Part shown: positions 1-8,401 of the stretch, one piece after another
Layout of the letters: each line of letters opens with the position of its first letter
Position numbering within the stretch: the stretch's first letter is position 1
From: a virus
DNA length: 64,000 bases
IMG/VR virus record: IMGVR_UViG_3300048808_000008
Span: 6,918 to 70,917 of that record
Direction: 5' to 3' (one strand)
Made by a program: the position numbers and the translations under genes
Notes under the pieces: model-generated
Told to the model about the DNA's origin: nothing
What the model saw: only the letters and a program-made list of their open reading frames with translations
The model's database searches: none

Positions 1-320
1 TTATGGCCTGCCCGTTTGCGGCGGTGGAATCTGTTAGCTGTACGATTGCGGCGGGTTGCGGGATCGTTCCGAGCAGCGGGTCGGTCGAGAGGCCCAGCCC
101 CTGGCCTTGTGCGGGAAGCCTTCTATGATGCTGCGCGCCGGCCGGGCGGCCGGTCGGACGGGTCGGTTTTTCGCGATAGTTCGTCTCTTACGTATTGTTG
201 TTACGATTTTCTCTAGAGTGTTCATTAAAAATCACGGTCTCTGCTGAAAACGGTCAAAACTGAAAATAGTTTGGGGAAAACGGCCTCCAAATGTCAGAAT
301 GTCAGGATTTGGGTGGCGTG

Positions 321-350
321 AAAAAGCCCGGCCGCGTCGGCGGCCGGGCT
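321..350 (-). terminator. Rho-independent terminator of the leftward operon
   Basis: Hairpin AGCCCGGCCG/CGGCCGGGCT followed by a T-run on the minus strand, just after the stop of 358..600. Confidence 0.75.
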
Positions 351-357
351 GGCGGAA

Positions 358-600
358 CTAGCTAATCGGGCATCCGGCGGCATCCAGCACCGCGTTGGCC
401 TCCTCCTCGGTCAGTCCGCCCAATGTCAGGTCAGTGGGGACGGAGCTCGGCGCGAAGCCGAGCTCGGCGCGTGCCGCCTTTATCAGATCGCAGCGGCGGC
501 GGGCTTCGCGCCGACCGTAGCCATACACCCAAATATTTTTCCGGCGGTCCGCGCCGGGCTCTGATCGGTCGATGATCGCGTCCGCAACCCAATCTTCCAT
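358..600 (-). CDS. Hypothetical protein
   Basis: 80-aa ORF with GGAAGGT RBS, last gene of the leftward operon. Confidence 0.6.
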   Translation of the reverse strand: MEDWVADAIIDRSEPGADRRKNIWVYGYGRREARRRCDLIKAARAELGFAPSSVPTDLTLGGLTEEEANAVLDAAGCPIS

Positions 601-609
601 ATTACCTTC

Positions 610-927
610 CTATCCTTTCGTTGTTATCGCAAGCATGGTCGCGATCATGGCGCTTGTGGACACGCCGGTGTCGGCCGCCATGCGCTGGATGGTCGCCTTG
701 ACGCTCGGATCTACAAATGCGTAGATTCTCACCAACCTTGTTTCGCCGCGCGGTTTGCGGCCGGCGCCAGGGCGCTTGCCGCCGCGCTTGCCGACAGGCT
801 TTCTAAAGGTCTCGAATTCGTTACCTAATGATGCCGGGCCGCAGTCCGGGCCGCATTCCTGCTCAAGCTTGGCGCGCTCGTGAGCTTGGCGCATTGACAG
901 ATCGGGATGGTTATCAAAGCTGGTCAT
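610..927 (-). CDS. DNA-binding protein with AT-hook-like RGGKRPGAGRKP motif and ribbon-helix-helix-like C-terminus
   Basis: Basic motif followed by a beta-helix-helix pattern (VRIYAFVDPSVKATIQRMAADTGVSTSAMI); start placed at ATG 927 after a purine-rich leader shared with the next gene. Confidence 0.6.
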   Translation of the reverse strand: MTSFDNHPDLSMRQAHERAKLEQECGPDCGPASLGNEFETFRKPVGKRGGKRPGAGRKPRGETRLVRIYAFVDPSVKATIQRMAADTGVSTSAMIATMLAITTKG

Positions 928-973
928 TTTCTTCTTCTTTCTGCGCGTAGCCATGCGCGCCCCGGCTGGTGGG

Positions 974-1357
974 TTACTTTCGAGTGGACGCTTTCTCGGA
1001 CATTTGTATAATCAAATGCCTGCGCAAAAGCAATCTCAGGTCGGCGGATGTGGGATAACCTGATCCGCGCAGTCCATAGTACACATCGTAGGCGCGCGCA
1101 TTCATACGGTCGAACTCTGCGAGTTCGGCGCATTCCATGGGTTTTTTTAGCAGGACATTGAGCTTAGAGAGTTCGCGTCGGTCAATGCTGATAGACGCTA
1201 TCAGGTAGTCGATTTCGACTAGCGACTCCGGCGGTGTATCGATCACCGGCATGTCGAGATCGGCAATTGCCTTTTCCAACTCGGCTATATGCTGTCGTGC
1301 GGCATCGGCCCACCGCGCGGCATCCTGCTCTAACTCTTGTCTATCTACCGTTGTCAT
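974..1357 (-). CDS. Hypothetical protein
   Basis: 127-aa ORF, AGAGGAAG RBS. Confidence 0.6.
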   Translation of the reverse strand: MTTVDRQELEQDAARWADAARQHIAELEKAIADLDMPVIDTPPESLVEIDYLIASISIDRRELSKLNVLLKKPMECAELAEFDRMNARAYDVYYGLRGSGYPTSADLRLLLRRHLIIQMSEKASTRK

Positions 1358-1405
1358 TTTCTTCCTCTTTCTGCCGGGTATCCGCCCGGCCCGGTGGGTG
1401 GGTGC

Positions 1406-1864
1406 TTACTGCGCGGCGTAGCAATAGAAGCCGTCAGCGTTCAGTATCAAATAGCCCTTGTCAATACAAACCTGGAAGGCGGCCTCAAACTGCTGCGTAG
1501 TAAAGCCGTCGCACGACTCTCTATAACCCCGTTTGGTTAAACCGTGCCCGAGCCTACAATTGCGCGCTATCAGAACAATAACATTTGCCAGTGCTTCCGC
1601 CTGGCAGTACCGTGCTCGCTCAAGATGTCGCATACGGCCGGTGAACCGGACGACGCCGGCATCGATGACTGCGTAGTCGTCTGGACCACCGATGGCGTCG
1701 AGTTCCGACGTTTTGTAGATCATAGCAGGATAGCCTGCAGCGATCAACTCGTCCCGCTTGGCATCGGCCTCAGCGCGACCAAGGAAGGTATCGAGTACAG
1801 GCTTCCAACTATAATTAATATAGCCACCTGTCTGGAAGAGAACCGAATATGTTGACTTGGACAC
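1406..1864 (-). CDS. Hypothetical protein
   Basis: 152-aa ORF, GTG start with AGGAG RBS, downstream of a sigma70-like promoter. Confidence 0.6.
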   Translation of the reverse strand: MSKSTYSVLFQTGGYINYSWKPVLDTFLGRAEADAKRDELIAAGYPAMIYKTSELDAIGGPDDYAVIDAGVVRFTGRMRHLERARYCQAEALANVIVLIARNCRLGHGLTKRGYRESCDGFTTQQFEAAFQVCIDKGYLILNADGFYCYAAQ

Positions 1865-1923
1865 TGATTTACTCCTGCGCTGCCCGCCGCCACCGGTCGA
1901 GACTTACTGCGCGTTGAACTGTA

Positions 1924-1955
1924 TTGATTATAGCACACTTAATCAAATAATGCAA
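1924..1955 (-). promoter_or_regulatory. Sigma70-like promoter with overlapping inverted-repeat operator
   Basis: TTGCAT-17bp-TATAAT on the minus strand; TTGATTA-N9-TAATCAA inverted repeat overlaps the -10 and spacer. Confidence 0.65.
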
Positions 1956-2043
1956 GGGGTGGGGGAAAATATTTTTTTGAGCCGCCGTCGGCATCCGAAT
2001 TACTCGCGCGATCCGGTATACATGGGCGGAGCCCAGCGCTCTC

Positions 2044-2072
2044 TTGACAGCAATTGCGAATAGCGTTATACT
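2044..2072 (+). promoter_or_regulatory. Sigma70-like promoter of the rightward packaging operon
   Basis: TTGACA-17bp-TATACT. Confidence 0.7.
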
Positions 2073-2158
2073 GAGATAGGGCCGAGGGCGGCCAAGTGAT
2101 CCAAATCCGGTTGCGGGGCGGACAATCCCCGCACGGCCTGTAACTACGGTTGCGCGTG

Positions 2159-2362
2159 ATGAATAAGAGAGTGCCGACTCTGATGGAGCGCGCCCGAACC
2201 TGCGTCGGCTGCGGCGAACTTACCACGGATTGGATCTACGCAAAAGGCGACGTTTGCGCGTGCAGAACCTGTCTCGAGGAAGGCGAGTTTGATGACCCGT
2301 TCCTTGATCCTGTAGATCGCGAGACCGGCGAAGTCATTGATATTCTCCAGCTCCCCTTTTAG
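2159..2362 (+). CDS. Small Cys-rich, putative zinc-binding protein
   Basis: CVGC...CACRTC motif; start uncertain. Confidence 0.5.
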   Translation: MNKRVPTLMERARTCVGCGELTTDWIYAKGDVCACRTCLEEGEFDDPFLDPVDRETGEVIDILQLPF

Positions 2363-2368
2363 GTACAT

Positions 2369-2617
2369 ATGAGCAGACGATCAGCTAACGATCTCAAGCG
2401 CGATGCGCAATCGGTCGCTATCCACGCGTGCCGCCCGCGCAGCGAGGAGTCGCAGTATCCAGGTCAGCTCAACGAGCTCGGCGACGTGCTGGCGCACTTG
2501 TCGGCTGCGCCGGCCGGATACCCTGGGGGAGATGCGGCGAGGCGTATCATGGCGCAGGCGATACCCAGGGGCGAGCTGACACCTGCGTACTCGATCATTC
2601 CGGGCGAGCGTAGGTAG
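2369..2617 (+). CDS. Hypothetical protein
   Basis: 82-aa ORF tightly packed in the operon. Confidence 0.5.
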   Translation: MSRRSANDLKRDAQSVAIHACRPRSEESQYPGQLNELGDVLAHLSAAPAGYPGGDAARRIMAQAIPRGELTPAYSIIPGERR

Positions 2618-2619
2618 AT

Positions 2620-3132
2620 ATGGCAAGCTCTCCGATCGCTAAAGCGCCGCCAAACGACGCATGGAAAGCGGCGTTTCTAGAGGCGTACCGACAGTCAGGC
2701 AATATGACCGCCAGCTCCAAGCTGGTAGGTATCTCCTACACGTGGGTCAAAAATGTGCGCATGGAAACTCACGCGAACTACGATCCTGTGTTTGCGCAGG
2801 CGGTCGCGGATATCCTGGCGGAGCTGATCCACACAGTCGATCAAACGCTGCACGGACTCGCGACAGGCCACTACTCTAAGGCGGTCACGATCGCAGGCAG
2901 GCCGCACATGGAGCCGATCTTCGACGTGCGCGCGGCCGAGTTATGGCTCCGGCTGAACGATGAGCGTTACCGCGTCCGGCCCAGTGGGGACGACTCGTCG
3001 CGCGGGGTGGGTATCAACGTCACTGTGGACTCCGCCACTCTGCGCCGCGCGGCGCTTGAGACGATCGAGCGGCTCAAGCTGGATGCGCTGCCGGTCTGCA
3101 ATGATAGAGAGGCAGCGAAAGGTAGGGGCTAG
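2620..3132 (+). CDS. Terminase small subunit (putative)
   Basis: N-terminal HTH (WKAAFLEAYRQSGNMTASSKLVGIS...DPVFAQAV) typical of TerS; upstream of TerL. Confidence 0.7.
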   Translation: MASSPIAKAPPNDAWKAAFLEAYRQSGNMTASSKLVGISYTWVKNVRMETHANYDPVFAQAVADILAELIHTVDQTLHGLATGHYSKAVTIAGRPHMEPIFDVRAAELWLRLNDERYRVRPSGDDSSRGVGINVTVDSATLRRAALETIERLKLDALPVCNDREAAKGRG

Positions 3133-3134
3133 CC

Positions 3135-3491
3135 ATGACGCTGTACGAGGTGGCTCACTATCGGGATTGGGGAGCGTCGCCCATCTCTTTAAGGATCGTG
3201 CAAGAGCTTAGCGATCTCGGATGCGCTCTATGTGATGCTGTAGCGATAATCGACCCGTCTTGTTTTAAGTCTGAGGAGGTAGTTCTCATTAGCGATTCCT
3301 GGGAATACCACGGCTATCGCCTGCCGGATCGGTTCAACAAGGACGCAAAAATGTACTTAGCCGGGCTCGCTAAGATGCTTGACGAAAAGTTCCCCGGCGT
3401 TACGCGCATTCGGATGATGGAGTTTCCAAAGATGAAGATCGTGGGGGAATACGTCTGGTTTACTTGGCGCTTCGTGCCCGAAACGTCCTAG
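3135..3491 (+). CDS. Hypothetical protein between the terminase genes
   Basis: 118-aa ORF whose stop abuts the TerL ATG. Confidence 0.55.
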   Translation: MTLYEVAHYRDWGASPISLRIVQELSDLGCALCDAVAIIDPSCFKSEEVVLISDSWEYHGYRLPDRFNKDAKMYLAGLAKMLDEKFPGVTRIRMMEFPKMKIVGEYVWFTWRFVPETS

Positions 3492-5288
3492 ATGTCCCTT
3501 GACGCCCTGATCGCCTCTCTCTCGCCCGACGAGCGCGAGATACTCTCAGAGGGACTCCGCACCGGCCGCGTGACGGACGACGAGCTGATGCGCATGGCGG
3601 GGATGGACAGGGGCGCCGGCACCGGCTACCCGCTTCCCGGCGCTGAGATTCCCTGGCAGGATTGGCTTAAGGCGAAGTTCGCTAAGGCAACTGAGAAGCC
3701 GCTTGCGCGCCGGCACATCGCGTTCTGGGAGTGGCTGGATTCCATTGAGGCGGGTAGGCGCAAGCAGGCGCGGGTTGAGATATGGGCGCGCGGCGGCGGG
3801 AAGTCGATCAATGTTGAGATCGGGATCGGCAGGCTTGCGAGTAAGCTGACGCGCCGGTTCGGATTGTACGTTTGCGGCATCCAGGACCAGGCCGACGCTC
3901 ATGTGGGTAGCTGTGCGAAGTGGCTAACGGCGGCTGGCGCTAATCCGGCTTTGACGAAGATGAATGCCGGTAAGCCGAAGGCGTGGCGGCGCGATCAGTT
4001 GCGGACGGCGAACGGGTTCAACCTGGCCGCGTTCGGGATAGACGCCGGGCAGCGGGGCATCCGGATCGAAGAGTACCGGCCTGACTTCATCGTATTCGAT
4101 GATGTTGACGAGCGCCACGACTCGCCAAACGAGGTCGCAAAGAAGATCGAGTGCATCACGCAGTCGATCATGCCGGCCGGCGCGTCGCACTGCATCTACC
4201 TGTTCGTTCAGAACCTTGTCCATGCCAATTCGATAGCATCTCAGCTTGCGACCGAGCGGGCGGACTTCCTCCTTGACAGGGAACTAGCCTGCGTCGAACC
4301 TGCGCTGACCGGTTTAGACATCGAACTTATCCCGCGCGAGGGCAGAAAGCCGCTCTACAAGATCGTGGCGGGAACACCGACTTGGGCTGGGCAGTCCATC
4401 GAAATCTGCGAGTGGCAGATGAACGAGTGGGGCTATCAAGCGTTTCTACGGGAAGCGCAGCACGAGGTCCGGGCTGGATCGAGCTTCTTTCCGCACTACG
4501 ACGAGAAGCGGCATTGTGTCGTTCCGCCGTACACGCCGAGTAACCCGCCGCCGCGCCATTGGCAATACTACGGCGGTTTAGACCACGGCTTTCATGACCC
4601 GTTCGCGTTCGTGCTGAAAGCCCGTGATGAGAACGGATGCCGCCACAGGATAGAGTCGACTCAGGCGGCCGGCATGACGAATGAGGAGCAGGCCAAGCGC
4701 GTAGTGGCGATTATCCGCAAGTGGGGGATACCGCTTTCGGATTGTCCGATCGGCTTCGATCAGTCCATGCGCAGCCGGGATACTTTGAACGCCGTCCAGG
4801 GTGAAGCGGCAATCGAGGCATTCTACCGGGAGGGATTGAACTGCGTACCGGTCATGAATGATATGAACACGCAGTACGCCGGATTCCAGGGTGTTCGGGA
4901 TCAGCAACTGGTTCCAGGCGAGCCATCGCCGGCGTTCCTGGTCTGGGAGGGCTACAACGTCGATCTGAAGTTTGCTTATTCGAACGCGACATATGATAAA
5001 CTCGTGGCTGAGAAGCTGAATCACGACGAGTGCTCGCACTTAGCACAGGCCGACAGGTATAGTGAAGGCAGCAGACCCGATAAGGCCGTGGCTCCCGCCA
5101 GGGTGCTCACTACTGAGGAAAACCGTGCGCAGGCTATTGCCGACGCGCAGGCGACGATGAAGGCGCTGAGGGATGCTCAGTTCGCGAGTTGGAACGGTAA
5201 GCTCGGATTGGTTCCGAGCACGGACGATGCGGGTAACAAGATTTGGGTAGCGGGCGGCGAAACCAAGGGCCGCATGAGAGGAACGTGA
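3492..5288 (+). CDS. terL: Terminase large subunit
   Basis: Walker A ARGGGKS, Walker B FIVFDD, RNase H-like nuclease GGLDHGFHDP and C-terminal HLAQADRY. Confidence 0.9.
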   Translation: MSLDALIASLSPDEREILSEGLRTGRVTDDELMRMAGMDRGAGTGYPLPGAEIPWQDWLKAKFAKATEKPLARRHIAFWEWLDSIEAGRRKQARVEIWARGGGKSINVEIGIGRLASKLTRRFGLYVCGIQDQADAHVGSCAKWLTAAGANPALTKMNAGKPKAWRRDQLRTANGFNLAAFGIDAGQRGIRIEEYRPDFIVFDDVDERHDSPNEVAKKIECITQSIMPAGASHCIYLFVQNLVHANSIASQLATERADFLLDRELACVEPALTGLDIELIPREGRKPLYKIVAGTPTWAGQSIEICEWQMNEWGYQAFLREAQHEVRAGSSFFPHYDEKRHCVVPPYTPSNPPPRHWQYYGGLDHGFHDPFAFVLKARDENGCRHRIESTQAAGMTNEEQAKRVVAIIRKWGIPLSDCPIGFDQSMRSRDTLNAVQGEAAIEAFYREGLNCVPVMNDMNTQYAGFQGVRDQQLVPGEPSPAFLVWEGYNVDLKFAYSNATYDKLVAEKLNHDECSHLAQADRYSEGSRPDKAVAPARVLTTEENRAQAIADAQATMKALRDAQFASWNGKLGLVPSTDDAGNKIWVAGGETKGRMRGT

Positions 5289-6277
5289 TGCGAGGAAGAC
5301 AACCAGGTGGGCCGAGAACTAACCATGTTGCAACGCCCGAGAAGAAGACGGCCATTCCCCCGGTGCCCAGTTTTGGCAGTCCCGAGGGTCAGGATGAGCC
5401 GATAAGGCGCAAGGCAACACCGATTTGGACCCATATGCCGGTTGCCACGGTTGCCCCGGATGATTACGATCCTGTGCAGGATTTTGCGCAGAAGTCCTGG
5501 CACGGCGAGCGCGATCCTGTATTCGTGTGGGAGATCCCGGACTCGCGCGACAACGGGTACTTTCTCAGGATCGTGGCGCGGGAAGGCGATGATGCGGAGG
5601 CGGCGCGCACCTGGGTGCTTCAGAATTACTACGTCCAGCAGCCGGACGGCACGAACCGGAGTATGTCCACTTCGGAACGCAACTGGATTACGGGGCAGCC
5701 GCCCGAGGCCATTGTGGACACGTCTACTGTCACGCTGGGTCATGCCGAGGCGCTGGACGAGTGCCGGCGTCTGGACGCTCTCAATGTGGCGTTCCGGGCC
5801 GCGAAAGAGACGCTGGACGCTCACGGGATCGACATACACGATCCGCAGGCATGGATCGACCGTCAGGTGTCCGCGACTACCGCCAAGATCGCTTCCGCCG
5901 ACCGCGACCGCGACCTGCGGCATCAACGGATGTCGAACGCGCTGACCGACGCTTTGGACATCATAACGCAGGCGCAGGAGGAAACGGGCTTTGCGCCGCC
6001 GAAACCTGTATTGCCGCCCGAGCCGGATTACTCGATGCTTACTGTGATCCTGCCGCCGTTCGTGTCCGAGGACTCTTACGCGGATAAGATTAAGGGTGCA
6101 AACTTTATCAAACGGGCGCCTCAAGACATCTCGGAGGCCGCGCTTGCGGGCATGAAGATTTTGACCAAGCACGAGGGGTTGATCGAGATGACGTGGCGCA
6201 TGGGCCGCGTGAGCGATCAGGAGAGAGACGAGCTGATCGAGGCTCAGAAGGCAATTAAGGCGCTTACGGGGGTGTAA
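5288..6277 (+). CDS. Hypothetical protein
   Basis: About 329 aa; TGATG overlap with TerL. Confidence 0.65.
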   Translation: MRGRQPGGPRTNHVATPEKKTAIPPVPSFGSPEGQDEPIRRKATPIWTHMPVATVAPDDYDPVQDFAQKSWHGERDPVFVWEIPDSRDNGYFLRIVAREGDDAEAARTWVLQNYYVQQPDGTNRSMSTSERNWITGQPPEAIVDTSTVTLGHAEALDECRRLDALNVAFRAAKETLDAHGIDIHDPQAWIDRQVSATTAKIASADRDRDLRHQRMSNALTDALDIITQAQEETGFAPPKPVLPPEPDYSMLTVILPPFVSEDSYADKIKGANFIKRAPQDISEAALAGMKILTKHEGLIEMTWRMGRVSDQERDELIEAQKAIKALTGV

Positions 6278-6630
6278 TGGCTGAACGACTTGACGACCGC
6301 TATGATGCGCCGCATCCGCTGTACGTGCAGGCTACGCAAAGGCTTGAAGGTGAAGGGCTGGCGGAGAATGCGGCCGCCGCCGTTCCACCCACTCCTAAGA
6401 GCGCCCAGGTTCACCCGCTCCTGTTCGACATCTCGGACGCCGTGCGCGTCCGAGAGATATTTCCGGGAGCGATGGGTATTCTTATGGCCGACATCCAGAC
6501 GGAGGGAGGCGGCACGGTTAGTACCCCGGCCTGCGTGCTTCTGAACTCTATGCTGGCGCACATAAGGACGCTGGAGAACAGACTGGATTATCCCGAGGAG
6601 TACGCGAAGTGGATCGCATCGCAGAAGTGA
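6277..6630 (+). CDS. Hypothetical protein
   Basis: TAATG coupling with the upstream gene. Confidence 0.6.
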   Translation: MAERLDDRYDAPHPLYVQATQRLEGEGLAENAAAAVPPTPKSAQVHPLLFDISDAVRVREIFPGAMGILMADIQTEGGGTVSTPACVLLNSMLAHIRTLENRLDYPEEYAKWIASQK

Positions 6631-6794
6631 TCGGCGTTGCGGTGATCGCCACCCCGCTCTGGCTCATCGCCGGTATACTGATCTCGCTGAATTGCAGACT
6701 GCGCGGCGTGAACCTGTTCGGGTTGGGGCTCGACATTATGAACCTGATAAATGCGCGCAAGGAAGAGCGGCCGAGAAGGGCGAGAGGGACGTAA
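6609..6794 (+). CDS. Small membrane protein
   Basis: One hydrophobic segment and a basic tail; GAGGAG upstream. Confidence 0.45.
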   Translation: MDRIAEVIGVAVIATPLWLIAGILISLNCRLRGVNLFGLGLDIMNLINARKEERPRRARGT

Positions 6795-6795
6795 A

Positions 6796-7317
6796 ATGAC
6801 CGACGGATGCGGCGGCTTGGAGGAAGTAGACGGCAATAGGCTTTGCTCGATATGTTCTAAGCCGTATGGCGAACATGCAAGACACCACTTAAACGTAAGG
6901 CTGGTTATTTTGTGTACGCAGGACAACGGGAACCCGCGACTTGCCGAACTTCGGGACGGATACACAGGTCCTTCGGGATTGCCCGATCTCAACGTCCTTA
7001 TTGCCCATTGGCAGTCACGGCTTCGCCTCATGGACTGGCGTATCGAAGCCAAGTACCTTGACCAGATTGATGAGGGGCGCACGAACGGTAATGTAGAGAC
7101 ACATTGCGGCAAGATGAGTGCGCTGATTCGTATATCCCGCAACGCTCCTGACGTAGAGGTTACATTCATTCACGAGATGTTGCACATCGTTATGTCGCCG
7201 CTCACGGAGAACAATAAACCTGGAACAGTAGAGGGCGATGCCGAGGAAACGATAATTGACCGTCTCACTCGCGCATTATGCGGCCGATCTAATCCTGCAA
7301 AATGGGGGAAGGATTAA
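6796..7317 (+). CDS. Putative zincin-like metallopeptidase domain protein
   Basis: HEXXH motif (FIHEMLHIV) with a downstream E (AEETII). Confidence 0.65.
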   Translation: MTDGCGGLEEVDGNRLCSICSKPYGEHARHHLNVRLVILCTQDNGNPRLAELRDGYTGPSGLPDLNVLIAHWQSRLRLMDWRIEAKYLDQIDEGRTNGNVETHCGKMSALIRISRNAPDVEVTFIHEMLHIVMSPLTENNKPGTVEGDAEETIIDRLTRALCGRSNPAKWGKD

Positions 7318-7320
7318 TCA

Positions 7321-7557
7321 ATGGCAACCACGGGGAATCGGCCAGAATCTCCCGATCCATACAGTTTTACGCAATACTGTGCAAGTATTAGGCAGCCTCT
7401 ATACAAATCAATCTTCTGGCGATCCCTCGCCTTCGACAAGGCCCGGAAGGTGCGCAACTACGCGCGGGTCGCCAAGAAGCGGTACAATCCTGCTGTAAGC
7501 TCCGTTCACGGCTACAAGAAACCGTTCATCCGCAAGGGCGGCGCATTCAGGAGATAA
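7321..7557 (+). CDS. Basic hypothetical protein
   Basis: 78-aa K/R-rich ORF, AAGGA RBS. Confidence 0.45.
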   Translation: MATTGNRPESPDPYSFTQYCASIRQPLYKSIFWRSLAFDKARKVRNYARVAKKRYNPAVSSVHGYKKPFIRKGGAFRR

Positions 7558-7560
7558 TCA

Positions 7561-7884
7561 ATGCCAACAAAAAAACCACCGCGCGCCGAGTTCGCGCTCC
7601 CTGGCGGAACGAAGAGCAATCCGGCTCCGGGCTATCCACTGAACACGCCGGGGCGGGTCGCCGCAGCGCCGGGTTTGGCCGCTCGCTCTGAGAAGATGGG
7701 CAATATCTCTAAGGCGCAGGAGTCCAAGGTGAACGCTGCCGCCGCCCATGCAAGAGGCGCAAGCGCAAAGCCCGATCCAAAGCCCGTTGCTCCTGCCTCG
7801 AAGCCGTCCAATCTGGGGCCGTTCCAGCACAAGGCGGGAGCGAGCATGGCTAATCGGTGTCCTACCTGCGGCAAGCCGCGTTAA
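7561..7884 (+). CDS. Basic phage protein (DUF6582-like FALP...YP motif)
   Basis: AGGAG RBS; motif recognised by eye. Confidence 0.5.
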   Translation: MPTKKPPRAEFALPGGTKSNPAPGYPLNTPGRVAAAPGLAARSEKMGNISKAQESKVNAAAAHARGASAKPDPKPVAPASKPSNLGPFQHKAGASMANRCPTCGKPR

Positions 7885-7894
7885 GGAGATCACT

Positions 7895-8083
7895 ATGCTC
7901 GCAATTCTCACTCTCATCATCATAATCGTCATTCTCGGCGCGGTCTGCTACTACGTGAACCGAGCGACGGCGATTCCGCAGCTCTTCAAGGTGCTGGTGT
8001 TCATAATTTGCGCCATTGTCGCCGTCTGGCTCGTAGTTCATTTTTTCGGTATCGACACATCGCACGCGCCGACACTGAAATAA
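7895..8083 (+). CDS. Small two-TM membrane protein
   Basis: AAGGAG RBS; two hydrophobic helices. Confidence 0.7.
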   Translation: MLAILTLIIIIVILGAVCYYVNRATAIPQLFKVLVFIICAIVAVWLVVHFFGIDTSHAPTLK

Positions 8084-8085
8084 GT

Positions 8086-8286
8086 ATGACTCCCTCCGAG
8101 ATCAAAGATTGGCAAATGGTGAAGCAGCATTCGCTTGCCAACTTCCGTGCGGCGTGCAAGCAACTTCGAGAGAATGGTTGCTACTGCCGCGCGAACAGCG
8201 ATATGACCGGCACGCATCACGCGCAAGGTTGCCCTATGCGCGATGTGGTTGCGCCTAAAGAGACGATCGACGCGGAAGAAACCTGA
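8086..8286 (+). CDS. Small Cys/His protein
   Basis: CYC...HH..GCP motif. Confidence 0.5.
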   Translation: MTPSEIKDWQMVKQHSLANFRAACKQLRENGCYCRANSDMTGTHHAQGCPMRDVVAPKETIDAEET

Positions 8287-8337
8287 CCGACCAACTCTAA
8301 TAACCCGTAAGGACCCCGCCGGACCGTTCCGCGCGTC

Positions 8338-8384
8338 GCCCCCGATTCTAAAGCGCCTTTGCGCCCACAGAGTCGGGGGCTTTT
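8338..8384 (+). terminator. Terminator-like hairpin upstream of the portal
   Basis: GCCCCCGATTCT/AGAGTCGGGGGC followed by TTTT. Confidence 0.55.
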
Positions 8385-8401
8385 CGTCGTTTTAACCCTA
8401 C

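Noticed and set aside
230-310. Replication origin (AATGTCAG twice, A-tracts)
   Set aside because: Only two short copies and no replication gene in view; insufficient support.
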